The notes beneath the pieces are model-generated. The model worked only from the letters and a program-made list of their open reading frames with translations, had not been told where the DNA came from and made no database searches. Below are positions 1-10,231 of a stretch of 64,000 nucleotides of DNA, piece after piece. The stretch spans positions 96,001-160,000 of IMG/VR virus record IMGVR_UViG_3300037467_003067. One strand, given 5' to 3'. The stretch is from a virus (taxonomy: Duplodnaviria; Caudoviricetes). Each line of letters starts with the position of its first letter. The first letter of the stretch is position 1. A program made the translations under genes and the position numbers.

Positions 1-582
1 TTTGACGAACTCGTTGGAAGGTTCGAGGAGTCGGTTGATCTCCATGATGAGGAAGTTGCGGGTGCGCTCACGCTGAGCGAGAGTCCGAAAGAGCTCTGGG
101 TTAAACTGACTCTTCTGGAGAACAGTCAAGACTTCAAGGGGAGGGTTCTCGTCATTGAGGACATCCCAGACGGCGAAGCATTCTCGGTCCATGATGTTGG
201 CATGTTCAGCGTCGGTGAAGAAACGCCAGTGGATACCATTGGTGAGGATGCCGAGTTTGACGGTCGGTTCTTTGGCAAAGTAGTCGGCGAGTTGTTCAGC
301 GTACTGTCCGAGTTTTTTGCCGACTTCTTTGGCTTCGACGAAGAAGGCGAATCGACTGTTAACGCTGAATGCCCAATCAATGGGCTTTGTGGATCGGTCT
401 TTGCCGAAGTCCACCTTATGTTCAGGCAGGCATTCTCGGGGATCGGTGATGTCGTAGCCGAGAATGTTGAAGAGAGGGCTAATCAGTGATTGTTTGGTAG
501 CCTGTTCGTTCCCTCTGCAGTGTTCGTAAACTTGACGAACACGACGAACATACTCTTCAAGTCGCGTGCGGAGATCGCTCAT
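1..582 (-). CDS. Type I restriction HsdR N-terminal-like (PD-(D/E)xK) nuclease, runs off window edge
   Basis: Not in ORF track. Manual translation: MSDLRTRLEEY...NEQATKQSLISPLFNILGYDITDP...IDWAF...FVEAKE...QLADYF...GILTNGIHWRFFTD, typical HSDR_N motifs. Alternative ATG at 609. Confidence 0.8.
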   Translation of the reverse strand, partial: MSDLRTRLEEYVRRVRQVYEHCRGNEQATKQSLISPLFNILGYDITDPRECLPEHKVDFGKDRSTKPIDWAFSVNSRFAFFVEAKEVGKKLGQYAEQLADYFAKEPTVKLGILTNGIHWRFFTDAEHANIMDRECFAVWDVLNDENPPLEVLTVLQKSQFNPELFRTLAQRERTRNFLIMEINRLLEPSNEFVK

Positions 583-629
583 TGGGAGATACCCTTGGAT
601 TGCTAGCATGAAATCTCTGAGATTCTATC

Positions 630-658
630 ATTTTATCCAAGGGCAATTCATTTGTAAA
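630..658 (-). promoter_or_regulatory. sigma70-like early promoter
   Basis: TTTACA-N17-TAAAAT upstream of the HsdR_N gene. Confidence 0.65.
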
Positions 659-679
659 CCAGATTTTTCGGCTTGGGAA

Positions 680-913
680 TCAGAACCACCAAGGCATAGC
701 ACGGACGTTGGCGATGTCCTCGGATTTGAGGTTCTTGAGGTGTTCTCGTGTCTCGGATGAGAGCTTTTCAAGATAGGCACCGGGCTTGGACAACCTGTGA
801 CCGAATTGGGGATTGTGGAGATCGCCGAGGGTGATTAACATGGGATCATGGGCGACCTCCATCATGACAGATGCAGGCTTGGTTTGCCATTTACGTAAAA
901 CGTCTTGTGACAT
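680..913 (-). CDS. hypothetical protein
   Basis: 77-aa ORF, co-oriented with neighbours. Confidence 0.6.
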   Translation of the reverse strand: MSQDVLRKWQTKPASVMMEVAHDPMLITLGDLHNPQFGHRLSKPGAYLEKLSSETREHLKNLKSEDIANVRAMPWWF

Positions 914-989
914 GGTATATTCCTTCGCCTGGTTTTGATCTAATCTTGGAATTCATTATCGCACAGAATGAGGAATGAGACAAGGGGAA

Positions 990-1268
990 TTAAAAAGCGA
1001 TATCGGCAGGCAATCCTAGAGTCGGCTCATATGTCCCGGAGACACAGTTTTCAGTCTCAGGTCTACGACGATACATAATCTCCAGACTATACTGCGTAAG
1101 CCGCAAAGAAGGGTTGGTGATACCGTACAAAACCTCAATTGGGAGTTGAGTAACTCGCACTGCTGATGTCGCATTTGCCAAGACTTCAATTGGAAATTGG
1201 GTAACTCGCGCCGCTGGCGTCCCGCTTATTAAAACTTCAATTGGAAATTGAGTAACTCGTGTTGCCAT
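990..1268 (-). CDS. small virion-associated protein with RVTQ(F/L)PIEVL repeats
   Basis: Four copies of RVTQFPIEVL-like motif; coupled to the upstream gene (1-nt overlap). Confidence 0.65.
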   Translation of the reverse strand: MATRVTQFPIEVLISGTPAARVTQFPIEVLANATSAVRVTQLPIEVLYGITNPSLRLTQYSLEIMYRRRPETENCVSGTYEPTLGLPADIAF

Positions 1269-2269
1269 TATGCTTGCACCTTGATGCCAAATTCACCATT
1301 ATTGATATCCGACACGGTCCAAGCTGTTGTTGTTGCGGGGCTCTTCTCCAAAATGTCGATCGAGTAGGAATAAGCATTGCCTACTGACGAATCCGCTGAC
1401 TCGTAATCTACACCGCCCGTGCGATAAAATGTCCGCAATGTCCTGGTCCCAGCGTCATCCTTACGTGCTAATGCGAGTCTCTGAATGCCGTATATCTGGG
1501 CAGCAGCACCAGCAAGGTCTTGGAAGCCGTAGCTGTCCTTTTGTCCCGGAGTCGAACTTGACACATACGTCGTGTCGCCATCGATTGCTTGCTCATCCAC
1601 TGCAGCCCAATTCAAGCCTGTATTTGGCGTGAACTCTGTATAATTGCCTGCCGCGTTGGGATAAATACATTGGACTCGGACATCGCCAAGGAAGTCATTG
1701 TTAGCAGATCCATTTGTATCTGCCAAGTAGAGGTCATCAAGCCAATAAGCGTCATTTGAACTTGCCGTAAATTTCAAATCATTGGCATAGGCGTTCGCGG
1801 AAGTTATGGTATTTACGCCAGTCGCACTTAACCAAGTTACACCGTTTACACGAAGTTCATAAGCACCTGTTGTGCTGTGGAATGTGACTTTAAGTTCAAC
1901 ATAATTAGTTGCATTTCGGACAATAGCATTCGTGGTTGTCCCCAAAAGGACACTTTGATTGCCCCTGAAAAGAGAGAATTGTCCGGTTTGATTCATTGCT
2001 AGAGAACATTGATACGTAGTACCATCAAGGAAACTCACGGAGGTTGACCAAGAAGGAGTCCAATCTGTATAGGTGAAGGCAAAGCCTACGATTAGGGTGG
2101 TGGAATTGGCAAATATTTTTTCTAGGTTAGATCCGTTTACACGAACGCCTTGAGTCGAATTTCTTCCAAATGATGAACTGAGTTGGTTGCCAGAGACCTG
2201 GTTCCATTTTTTTGATAAATCAGATATGCTTGCGTAATGATCAAATGATTCCATGAAAAGAAGTGCCAT
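1268..2269 (-). CDS. putative virion structural / tail-associated beta-rich protein
   Basis: MALLFMESFDHY start, Thr/Ser/Asn/Gly-rich, LDDLYLAD...FLGDVRVQ motif; lies among tail-type genes. Confidence 0.6.
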   Translation of the reverse strand: MALLFMESFDHYASISDLSKKWNQVSGNQLSSSFGRNSTQGVRVNGSNLEKIFANSTTLIVGFAFTYTDWTPSWSTSVSFLDGTTYQCSLAMNQTGQFSLFRGNQSVLLGTTTNAIVRNATNYVELKVTFHSTTGAYELRVNGVTWLSATGVNTITSANAYANDLKFTASSNDAYWLDDLYLADTNGSANNDFLGDVRVQCIYPNAAGNYTEFTPNTGLNWAAVDEQAIDGDTTYVSSSTPGQKDSYGFQDLAGAAAQIYGIQRLALARKDDAGTRTLRTFYRTGGVDYESADSSVGNAYSYSIDILEKSPATTTAWTVSDINNGEFGIKVQA

Positions 2270-2313
2270 TATTCCCCCAATTAAAATTGCTCCTTTATCT
2301 AGACTAATTAAAT

Positions 2314-3267
2314 TTAATTGTTCTGGATTAGTAGAAGAAGTTGGACCGAAATGTCCTGCCCAGGAGTGCTGCTTCCAACCTGGTCCACGTCAATAGAAAA
2401 CACATCGCCCTCAACCACGTTCACCGTGTCAAAACTCACCTGAGTTCCATCGGTTGCATCAGCCGCCAATTGTAATCGATTCGCTTGAACCACCGACCAA
2501 ATCGACGTTCCATTTACATTAATGTCTACGATCAATGCCGAACCCGATGGCGCTCCCTTTGCGTGGATAAATGCCTTCGTTATAATCCCGTCTCGCTCGA
2601 TTACAATCTCGTTGGTCTTGTTCGCACCGACTGACGCTGCCGTTCCTTGTGCCAACATAAAACAGATCGATCGTGGGAAAACCTGCCCCGTTACAGTTTC
2701 GCCCTGAGATCCAGGCGATCCCTGAACACCCTGCGGACCAGTTGCCCCGGCTGTACCTTGGAAACCCTGATTACCTTGAGTGCCTGTCCCGGCTGTACCT
2801 TGGAAACCCTGATTACCTTGAGTGCCGGTAATGCCTGCCGTACCCTGGAAACCTTGAGTGCCTTGAGTCCCAGTACCGATCGCGCCTTGAAATCCCTGAG
2901 TTCCTTGAGTACCCTGGAAGCCTTGAACGCCCTGAGTCCCAGCACCAGTAACGCCTTGAGTACCTTGCGGACCAGTTGCCCCTATTGTACCCTGGAAGCC
3001 TTGAACGCCCTGAGTCCCAGCACCGGTAGCACCTTGAAAGCCTTGGCTACCTTGAACGCCTTGAGCAGCCGAGGCTCCTTGAACACCGGGCGTGCCTTGA
3101 GGACCAGTAGGACCAATCAATGCCGTTGGGTTAATAGAAGAAAAACTGAAATTACCTCTGTTGTGAAGGCATTTCTGTTGACAACTACTTTGTTCATCGG
3201 TACATGGTGGAATACGAGTGATTGAACTTACAGCTACACCATTAATCATTCTGATGGGATTTCGCAT
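2314..3267 (-). CDS. collagen-like (G-X-Q repeat) fibre protein
   Basis: Long GTQGVQGFQG triplet tract followed by a C-terminal beta domain; TATAAATA upstream. Confidence 0.8.
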   Translation of the reverse strand: MRNPIRMINGVAVSSITRIPPCTDEQSSCQQKCLHNRGNFSFSSINPTALIGPTGPQGTPGVQGASAAQGVQGSQGFQGATGAGTQGVQGFQGTIGATGPQGTQGVTGAGTQGVQGFQGTQGTQGFQGAIGTGTQGTQGFQGTAGITGTQGNQGFQGTAGTGTQGNQGFQGTAGATGPQGVQGSPGSQGETVTGQVFPRSICFMLAQGTAASVGANKTNEIVIERDGIITKAFIHAKGAPSGSALIVDINVNGTSIWSVVQANRLQLAADATDGTQVSFDTVNVVEGDVFSIDVDQVGSSTPGQDISVQLLLLIQNN

Positions 3268-3275
3268 TACATATC

Positions 3276-3283
3276 TATTTATA
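3276..3283 (-). promoter_or_regulatory. T4-type late promoter TATAAATA
   Basis: Exact TATAAATA 8 nt upstream of the collagen gene ATG. Confidence 0.6.
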
Positions 3284-3362
3284 GATTATTCTTAAATATT
3301 GTCGACCAAGCTAATTTAGAGCCTAGTTTTATTTTTATTAAAATTTATAGCCTATATAAGAT

Positions 3363-4952
3363 ATGAGATTTTTGGAGTGGATAATCTTGACTGAAAACAC
3401 GACTGCTTCCCAATTCCTCAAGCAGCCCCAAAATGCGGAGTATGCCCGCTCGGTCAAGAATACGGTCATTAAGTTTGTATCGACTCGGTTCAACGGCTTC
3501 AACCAAAATAGTCTGAGCCGGGTAGTGAACTGGTTCGTGAAGGAATTGATTGTCCAGGGGATTAGTCTGGATCGCGTGTTAACGGTCTTGCAAAACATGT
3601 GGCAAAACATCGGTGATTATATCAGCGGAAATGTCAACAATAATCAGTTGATGAGTAAGTTGAACCTGGTAGATTATCGCTATCAGACCGCCGTTCAGGA
3701 CAGTGAAGAATGGCACGAGTCGCTAGCACAGAAGCAACGTGGGAAGGGGGCTGAGGGGCGTGTGGTCGTATCGCTGAATAACGTGCCTGGTTTCAAGGGA
3801 TGGAATTGGGTGGCTCTTGACAAGAGCTACTGCGGGCAGGAAGGCGATGCCATGGGGCATTGTGGAAATATCGAAAACAAGGGTAACATCTTGTCGTTGC
3901 GAGACCCTGAAGGCTATCCCCACCTAACGTTCATCAATCATCAGGGCGTCTTGGGTGAGATGAAAGGTCGCGGCAATTCGAAGCCAGTCCCCAGGTATTA
4001 TCCGGCGATCGTGAAGTTATTGTTGAGCAATGAGATCGGAGCAATTCGCGGTGGAGGGTATGCTCCCAAGAACAATTTTGACCTATCTGATCTTCCCGAA
4101 GATATGTACACGATGGTCAAATCACAAAAGCCTTATATCGATAATCCTAATGCATTTGAAAAAAAGCATCATGAAATTATTCAAGGTTTGACCAAAAAGA
4201 CTCGTGGGCAACTTTTGAAAAATTCGAATGTTGAGAATGTTGGACAAACAGTTGCGGACTTGGTCAACAGGAATTATGATTCGCCTCTAATATATGACAC
4301 CGAGACAAAAGACAAATCTCCAGAGCAGGTGTACAAGAATAATATTTGGAAGATGTATACGGAATTATTGAATGCGGTATATTCTCGGGCTCGCACGTCT
4401 CATCCCGAGGAATTATTGGCTTGGATGGACAAGATGGTTGAGTCGTTCGTGTCGGCTATGGTCGAGCGAGATCACAAGACATGGAAGGAGTCACCCCCGC
4501 AGGATAAACAATTTTTCCCGCAACTTAGCAATATCGTGAAGCTTGACGAGATGGTTTATCGACTTTCGCACCAACAGCCCGAGATCATGCGTTCGGCACC
4601 GAAGCGGAGCCGGTTTGGTAATTGGTCATCGTACATTAAGGCATTGCGTCGGTTCCTGGATCATGAAGGGTACGAGTTGCCTGGTTATCGTCCAGGGAAC
4701 CATCAGATCAGCTATGAGTTCAATCAGAAAATGGCTGAAGAAGTAGCTCGTCAAGGCAAGGGCATCGTGGACCTTGTCAATCAGGCTTATGCCGACATGG
4801 ACCCGAGGTTGAGTGCTGGTCCGTTGGCGCGTCACCAATTCACGCGAGAGAACCCCAATGATTTCTTCTATGGCAAAGACCCTTCATTGGGGTTGACCAG
4901 GAATAGTCGAAGACGGTTGGATCGCATGGAGCGAGAATATGGCGATGAATGA
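3363..4952 (+). CDS. putative internal head protein with PcfJ-like domain
   Basis: N-term MRFLEWIILTE; EGDAMGHCGN...ILSLRD..GYPHLTF...EMKGRGNSKP; paralog of 14207-15862. Confidence 0.65.
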   Translation: MRFLEWIILTENTTASQFLKQPQNAEYARSVKNTVIKFVSTRFNGFNQNSLSRVVNWFVKELIVQGISLDRVLTVLQNMWQNIGDYISGNVNNNQLMSKLNLVDYRYQTAVQDSEEWHESLAQKQRGKGAEGRVVVSLNNVPGFKGWNWVALDKSYCGQEGDAMGHCGNIENKGNILSLRDPEGYPHLTFINHQGVLGEMKGRGNSKPVPRYYPAIVKLLLSNEIGAIRGGGYAPKNNFDLSDLPEDMYTMVKSQKPYIDNPNAFEKKHHEIIQGLTKKTRGQLLKNSNVENVGQTVADLVNRNYDSPLIYDTETKDKSPEQVYKNNIWKMYTELLNAVYSRARTSHPEELLAWMDKMVESFVSAMVERDHKTWKESPPQDKQFFPQLSNIVKLDEMVYRLSHQQPEIMRSAPKRSRFGNWSSYIKALRRFLDHEGYELPGYRPGNHQISYEFNQKMAEEVARQGKGIVDLVNQAYADMDPRLSAGPLARHQFTRENPNDFFYGKDPSLGLTRNSRRRLDRMEREYGDE

Positions 4953-4969
4953 GTGGCAACAATCGAAAA

Positions 4970-5257
4970 CTAGGGCGATGACTTGACCAATGCGCCCTCG
5001 CCAGCCCAGCCGGTTCCTGCTTCGCATTCAACCAGACAATTGCGATAAGGAACTTTGCCGATCTCTTGGTATTCATTATCCCAATAGTCGTAGTCGATCA
5101 CGATATCGACCACCTCAATCACTTTGCCAAATCCTCTAAATACACAAGTGGTATCGACTTTTTGGTTGTATGTACCGTTTGCTGGAGCATGACCAAGACA
5201 TAGTCCGGCAGGGGTTTTGGGAAATACGCTATCGCCTACATTGATCTCATTTGCCAT
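4970..5257 (-). CDS. hypothetical protein
   Basis: 95-aa ORF with GGAG SD. Confidence 0.6.
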   Translation of the reverse strand: MANEINVGDSVFPKTPAGLCLGHAPANGTYNQKVDTTCVFRGFGKVIEVVDIVIDYDYWDNEYQEIGKVPYRNCLVECEAGTGWAGEGALVKSSP

Positions 5258-5310
5258 TTGCTAAGCTCCAAAAAGGGGCATCCTTGTCCCTGAGATACTC
5301 TATCGAAGAT

Positions 5311-6102
5311 TCAATCATCACCATCATCATCTTCGTCTTCGTCTTCAGGCTCAGGATCTGCCTTCAAGCCAATCATATCGTCCAGGCGTTTGCGCCTAGC
5401 ATCGGTCAGGTCACAGATTGTGAAGGAGATTTTGTACGTGGCTTCATCGAGCGCATCGGCGAGGATTTTACGACCGATGCTGAGGGTGTCGCCCATCATT
5501 TCATAGATGGTATCGATCGGCTTTTTTTGTTTGAAGTTGATTGGACTGATGGTCTGGACGTGGTATGTTTCACCGGTCTTGGTGACTTGGACGTAGCCCT
5601 GTTTGACACTGGCAAGAAGTTTCTTGTCGGCGATCTCTTGCAAGCCCTCTTTGGTGTATCTTTGCTTGTAGTAAGTGGGCATTTCGGTTTTGCCGTTTTT
5701 GTAGCATAGATGCGGTCGCCCGAGATGCATGAAGAAAGCATTGACGTAGTCGGCACGCGACCAATGACATCGCTCGACCATCTTGTCGATGGCATCATCG
5801 GACTGCTGCTTCAGCCAATCCGTGATATCGAGGCTGACCCATCGAAGAGTGCCGTGCTCATAGTGAAGGTCGACCCGATTGAGCGTGCCGTCGTTGCTGA
5901 ATGTCCATTCGTATTCCCCGCTCCATTCATGATGGTCGCGGGCGAATTGTCCCAAGGTAAGCGAGCCTTTCTGCTGCGTGGCGACGAGCTTGTCTCTGTA
6001 CTTCTTGAGCAACTTCAACGGTTCGTTGATGATCAGCTTGCAGGGAATGTCGTCCGAGAACTGCATGTAATCCATCAACGAACCAAGAACGACCATAGCC
6101 AT
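5311..6102 (-). CDS. hypothetical protein, acidic C-terminus
   Basis: 263-aa ORF downstream of a TTTACA promoter. Confidence 0.7.
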   Translation of the reverse strand: MAMVVLGSLMDYMQFSDDIPCKLIINEPLKLLKKYRDKLVATQQKGSLTLGQFARDHHEWSGEYEWTFSNDGTLNRVDLHYEHGTLRWVSLDITDWLKQQSDDAIDKMVERCHWSRADYVNAFFMHLGRPHLCYKNGKTEMPTYYKQRYTKEGLQEIADKKLLASVKQGYVQVTKTGETYHVQTISPINFKQKKPIDTIYEMMGDTLSIGRKILADALDEATYKISFTICDLTDARRKRLDDMIGLKADPEPEDEDEDDDGDD

Positions 6103-6190
6103 AATAGAAGACTCTTATTGTGAGTTCGTGAACTTCGTTGGGGTTTGATGCCGATTCAGTCAATCTGGAGTCCCAGCATCGACATCAACC

Positions 6191-6219
6191 ACTATAGCAG
6201 CTTTGTTTGCCGTTGTAAA
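6191..6219 (-). promoter_or_regulatory. sigma70-like early promoter
   Basis: TTTACA-N17-TATAGT. Confidence 0.6.
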
Positions 6220-6321
6220 GTCCAAAATTAAAAATTTGTGGTTTCGATTCCAATATATAACTTAAGGTAGGACCATGGTAATAGCAAAGTGGGTATTGGG
6301 ATGAAGGGCAAATCATCAGGA

Positions 6322-7509
6322 ATGGATCATTTCTTAAGCGGATTGAAAACCTGGTTGGAGGCAACCGAATCTTACGTTGCCAAGAAGGTCGACCCCGCAT
6401 TGATGACGTGGGACGAATTCTGGCAATTGGTCAATCCTCAGTACAAGAGTCATTCTTCGGACGCCTATGACTATTCGCTCGAAGATTACGGCATGCAACA
6501 CAAGAAGGAGGATTATCCCACGCTCCTCTTCAGGAGGAAGATTTCTGGCATCACTTTCGAATTCCGCTTGAAGAAAGAGGATCGATATCAGTGGAAATTC
6601 GTCAAGACCGATCAGGATGGCGAACCGGTTCGAATCAACGGCGAACTCCAATATTATACGCCCGAGGAATTAGAACGATTCGGCAAGCAAAGATACGCCT
6701 ACAGCTTTGCGGTATTCGATGGCGATCAGCAGGTTGCCTTGGCGCAAGACGAGTGGGGATGTTTGCTGTTTGCGGTCGCGCGAGAATATCGCGGTTTTGG
6801 TCTGGGACCGATGCTTGCCAAGATAGCATGGGAAGCAGAGCCGGGTAAGGACACAGGAGGATGTACTCCGGGTGGAGCCGCCACGACCAAGAAAGCCTAC
6901 CAAGAATTCGTCCGAGATTATTTGAAAAAGGGTTTTTATTCTTACCTGGTCCGCGAAGGACTCTTGACTGCCGAAAAGGTCAAGGCGATCATTGCGAGCG
7001 CCAAGCTTTCCCCGCCCAAGGAGAATTCCAGGGTTGACCTTGGGACCAATGACCCCAAAGACTTGCTCCTGTATGCCGAGAATGGACACTTCATCCTCTA
7101 CAATCGCAAATTAAAAGATTTGCTGGACCAGGGAGATGAGGAACATTATTACTACTGGTATGAGAAGTGTATCAAGGGAACTTCCTTTGCTGGTGGCGGC
7201 TATGCTACCTCGGACCGACTCTTCCTTCATCAACTCGGCGGCGATACTCCGAACATCAAGAAGTTCATGTTCAATCTGGCACTGAGCTACTGTCGCCAGG
7301 AGAATGTTCCGCTTCATGTTTACAATGACGACATCGGCTTGGTTGATCCGGCGACGATGGAAGTCAATGGCAACTTGGTCACCTTGAAGACGGCTCCGAT
7401 CGATTACAGGGCGTGGGCTTTGCAGGAGAAAACGTTCAGGCGGTCTTTCGATAGGTACCAAGAATTCAAATCAAGATTGTTGGAGCTAGCTGAAGTCAAA
7501 TATAGGTAA
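6322..7509 (+). CDS. GNAT-like acetyltransferase-domain protein with capsid-targeting-like N-terminus
   Basis: AVAREYRGFGLGPML matches GNAT acetyl-CoA motif A; start MDHFLSGLKTWLEATE. Confidence 0.6.
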   Translation: MDHFLSGLKTWLEATESYVAKKVDPALMTWDEFWQLVNPQYKSHSSDAYDYSLEDYGMQHKKEDYPTLLFRRKISGITFEFRLKKEDRYQWKFVKTDQDGEPVRINGELQYYTPEELERFGKQRYAYSFAVFDGDQQVALAQDEWGCLLFAVAREYRGFGLGPMLAKIAWEAEPGKDTGGCTPGGAATTKKAYQEFVRDYLKKGFYSYLVREGLLTAEKVKAIIASAKLSPPKENSRVDLGTNDPKDLLLYAENGHFILYNRKLKDLLDQGDEEHYYYWYEKCIKGTSFAGGGYATSDRLFLHQLGGDTPNIKKFMFNLALSYCRQENVPLHVYNDDIGLVDPATMEVNGNLVTLKTAPIDYRAWALQEKTFRRSFDRYQEFKSRLLELAEVKYR

Positions 7510-7580
7510 GTAACTTGAAATTCTACCAATTTATCATCTAAGTATACTACTATAATTTTAACTCGAAAGGAGTGGTAGGA

Positions 7581-8555
7581 ATGGATGAGAAATTATTAAG
7601 TATTAAAGAAGCAGCTAAGTTGTTGAATGTGTGCGAGAACACGCTAAGGGATTGGGACATTGAAGGCAAGTTGCCTGCGGCTCGGTCCAAAGGTGGTCAT
7701 CGTCGTTATAGTCTGGATCAGGTCCGTGGATATCTTGATAAAAACCCGCCCAAAGAAGAACCTATGACCAAATCGATCTCAGAGACCAAACATCTGGATC
7801 AGATGATCGAAGTTTGGGAAAAATCTGGGATGTTGTCTGATCTGGATAAGGAAGAAAAAGGAGTTATGGCAGTTCTTCTTGAAAACGCAAAGCTTGCCAG
7901 TGGACTCAATACCAATCCGTTGCTTTCGACAAGTCAATTAGTCTGGTTGACACGGGAAAGTTGGATGCGATGTCGATTTCGCAAGATGGTATCAGTCCAA
8001 CCACTCTTGGGACCGTGTGGGCTTGTATTTTTTTATAATAATACTCATAAATCTGCTCCTGGTCACATAGACTCAGATGCGGTAGCCTCTAAAACCTTGA
8101 AATATGATTTTAAATTATTTACCAAGGCAAAATTTGAATCTATCAAGGAAGTCTATGCTGATACCTTAGCCATGGGATTGGAAATACATATTTTCGAACA
8201 TCTTCCCAAACTCAGTTACGGTAAAATTCAGGATGTCCTAGCAATCAATACTTTTGCTGTTAAGTTTTCCGAGATTTATGACTACATCATAGCCCCCGAG
8301 CATTTAATTGAAGATATGGAAAAGTGTCCAGCATTTGAAGGTCTAGATTTATATGGGATTAACTTGTGCCTTGATCCTGAAACTTTCGAGCCACGGGCGG
8401 CTGCAGGGCGATATCCCAAGAATACATTAACGCTTCCTATTTTCGCTCCCTTTATCACAGTCTTCGACACGGGGTGTTGTCATGTGAATGGCACCATGCC
8501 GGTCTTAATGAGAGCGGGATGGCTAGACCAAAAGAAAGAAGATAATCCGAAGTGA
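7581..8555 (+). CDS. MerR/excisionase-type HTH fused to a degenerate T4 gp23-like capsid domain
   Basis: LLSIKEAAKLLNVCENTLRDWD.EGKL...GGHRRYS (HTH); WEKSGML...MAVLLEN...VSVQPLLGPCGLVFF and DPETFEPR....RY (gp23-like). Confidence 0.65.
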   Translation: MDEKLLSIKEAAKLLNVCENTLRDWDIEGKLPAARSKGGHRRYSLDQVRGYLDKNPPKEEPMTKSISETKHLDQMIEVWEKSGMLSDLDKEEKGVMAVLLENAKLASGLNTNPLLSTSQLVWLTRESWMRCRFRKMVSVQPLLGPCGLVFFYNNTHKSAPGHIDSDAVASKTLKYDFKLFTKAKFESIKEVYADTLAMGLEIHIFEHLPKLSYGKIQDVLAINTFAVKFSEIYDYIIAPEHLIEDMEKCPAFEGLDLYGINLCLDPETFEPRAAAGRYPKNTLTLPIFAPFITVFDTGCCHVNGTMPVLMRAGWLDQKKEDNPK

Positions 8556-8616
8556 ATCTTAGTTCAATTTCTAAGCCCCTGTTGATGTTCTTTTAATAGC
8601 AACAGGGGCTTGTGTA

Positions 8617-10191
8617 TTAGTGGATCTCTGATCCAAGGAATCTCTGGATTGGGAATCCAACAGTCCCTTGGGAATCGTCGCAATTGAGTGCGACCATTCT
8701 TTGGGTCTCGGCAACGCCACCCCAGAAATTGTCGTGAGTCGCCTCCATCTCATTCGCACATCCGACCGCATAATTTAAGGCAATTACAGCCTGTTGTGCG
8801 ATCGTGACCTCATTGCTCCCGCTGACGAGTGAATGGACGCAATTGGTGAAGTAGTTGCCCGTGACGATACAGCTTCCGGTCGGCTTCAGGTCCATCCCGC
8901 AATTACACTGGTGGACGGAATTGTTGGTGATCGTTCCCGACATGGTCCTGAAGGCACTGGTGGTGCCTGGAATGAACGAATTCATGCCGAAGCAGTAATT
9001 GCCTGAGACAACCGCTGGACCGCCATTGGTGATGCCAACGGCATTATTCGTACCGCCAGTGTAGACACCATTGGAAACGGTTCCAGCCCCTTCAAAATGA
9101 TTACCGGATACAACGACACGAGCCACGGAAAAGGCATCGATGCCATGCCACATATTCGACAAGGAGAAGTTGTTGCCGGTGATGGTGATTGCCCCAGGAG
9201 TCACTGCCCCCGAGCCGGGACCAACATAAATCATTGCTGTACTCTGTCGCGGTCCTTCCTCGATATCGTCTTGGTGGAAATTGTTGCCGGTAATCGCGAC
9301 GAACGTTGTTCCAGATATGATCTGGATAACTGACTCGTCGAGCTTGGCGCAATTGGTCATGATGTTGTTCGTGATCGATATATGCGAGGTTCGATCTTCA
9401 AGGTGGATGGTGTTGTAAGGATAATCGGAAATGATATTGTCGGAGATCAAGGAATTCTGGACGTTGGCGAAATCGATCGCAAAACCTCCGACGTTGGATG
9501 TCGAGAGTCCATTCCTGAATCGATTCCCTATAACTTGACCACCCACGAATGTGCCATTGGGCGAGTTGAAGTTCACGTCGTCGGCATAGTTGTCATGGAA
9601 CGAACAGCCTCTTACGGTAAATCCGTCGATGGAGGCTGTGCTGTTGTTCGTTATGTAAATACTGAAAGCCAGACCAGAGAATTCACATGAATCCACGACG
9701 ATATTGGAGAGGTTCGTGATGACGCCACCGTCGTTCCCATAGCGAATGCCGTGACAAAGTGCGTTGCCTGCATAGAGCGACATTTGACCGTCGAATACGA
9801 TATTCCTCAGCGTGACATTCTTACAATCATCAATGAGGATGAGATTGGAAAGGATGGCTGAATTGCGTTTGACTTGAAGGTCTTGCAAAACGATATTGTC
9901 ACAGCCGTTAAAGGTGAACAGGCTGCCATATGGAGGCGTCAATGTGTTAGGGTTGTCGTGGTCGAGGAGCAGAGAGGTCTTGCCTGGAACGCCTTGGATG
10001 CGGCAATTCGCTGGCAGAGTGAAACCGTTGCCTGCTGTCTTGACCAAATAGGTCTTGGGACCAAGTTGTAATGTGCCACCATTGGTGGATAATTGAGATA
10101 TGGCATTAGCGAAGGCTTGGGTGTCATCCGTGTTTCCATCACCAACAGCAGCGAAATCGGCATCAAGATTGTAAAATAGAGCTTCTGACAT
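8617..10191 (-). CDS. right-handed beta-helix (pectate-lyase-like) protein, tailspike/depolymerase candidate
   Basis: AVGDGNTDDTQAFANAI N-terminal motif; many I.GN.F repeats. Confidence 0.8.
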   Translation of the reverse strand: MSEALFYNLDADFAAVGDGNTDDTQAFANAISQLSTNGGTLQLGPKTYLVKTAGNGFTLPANCRIQGVPGKTSLLLDHDNPNTLTPPYGSLFTFNGCDNIVLQDLQVKRNSAILSNLILIDDCKNVTLRNIVFDGQMSLYAGNALCHGIRYGNDGGVITNLSNIVVDSCEFSGLAFSIYITNNSTASIDGFTVRGCSFHDNYADDVNFNSPNGTFVGGQVIGNRFRNGLSTSNVGGFAIDFANVQNSLISDNIISDYPYNTIHLEDRTSHISITNNIMTNCAKLDESVIQIISGTTFVAITGNNFHQDDIEEGPRQSTAMIYVGPGSGAVTPGAITITGNNFSLSNMWHGIDAFSVARVVVSGNHFEGAGTVSNGVYTGGTNNAVGITNGGPAVVSGNYCFGMNSFIPGTTSAFRTMSGTITNNSVHQCNCGMDLKPTGSCIVTGNYFTNCVHSLVSGSNEVTIAQQAVIALNYAVGCANEMEATHDNFWGGVAETQRMVALNCDDSQGTVGFPIQRFLGSEIH

Positions 10192-10231
10192 AATACATAT
10201 CTATTAATTCCTTAACATTAAAGTATTTGAT

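Noticed and set aside
2700-3120. Tandem DNA repeats as a regulatory or mobile array
   Set aside because: Fully explained by collagen G-X-Y coding.
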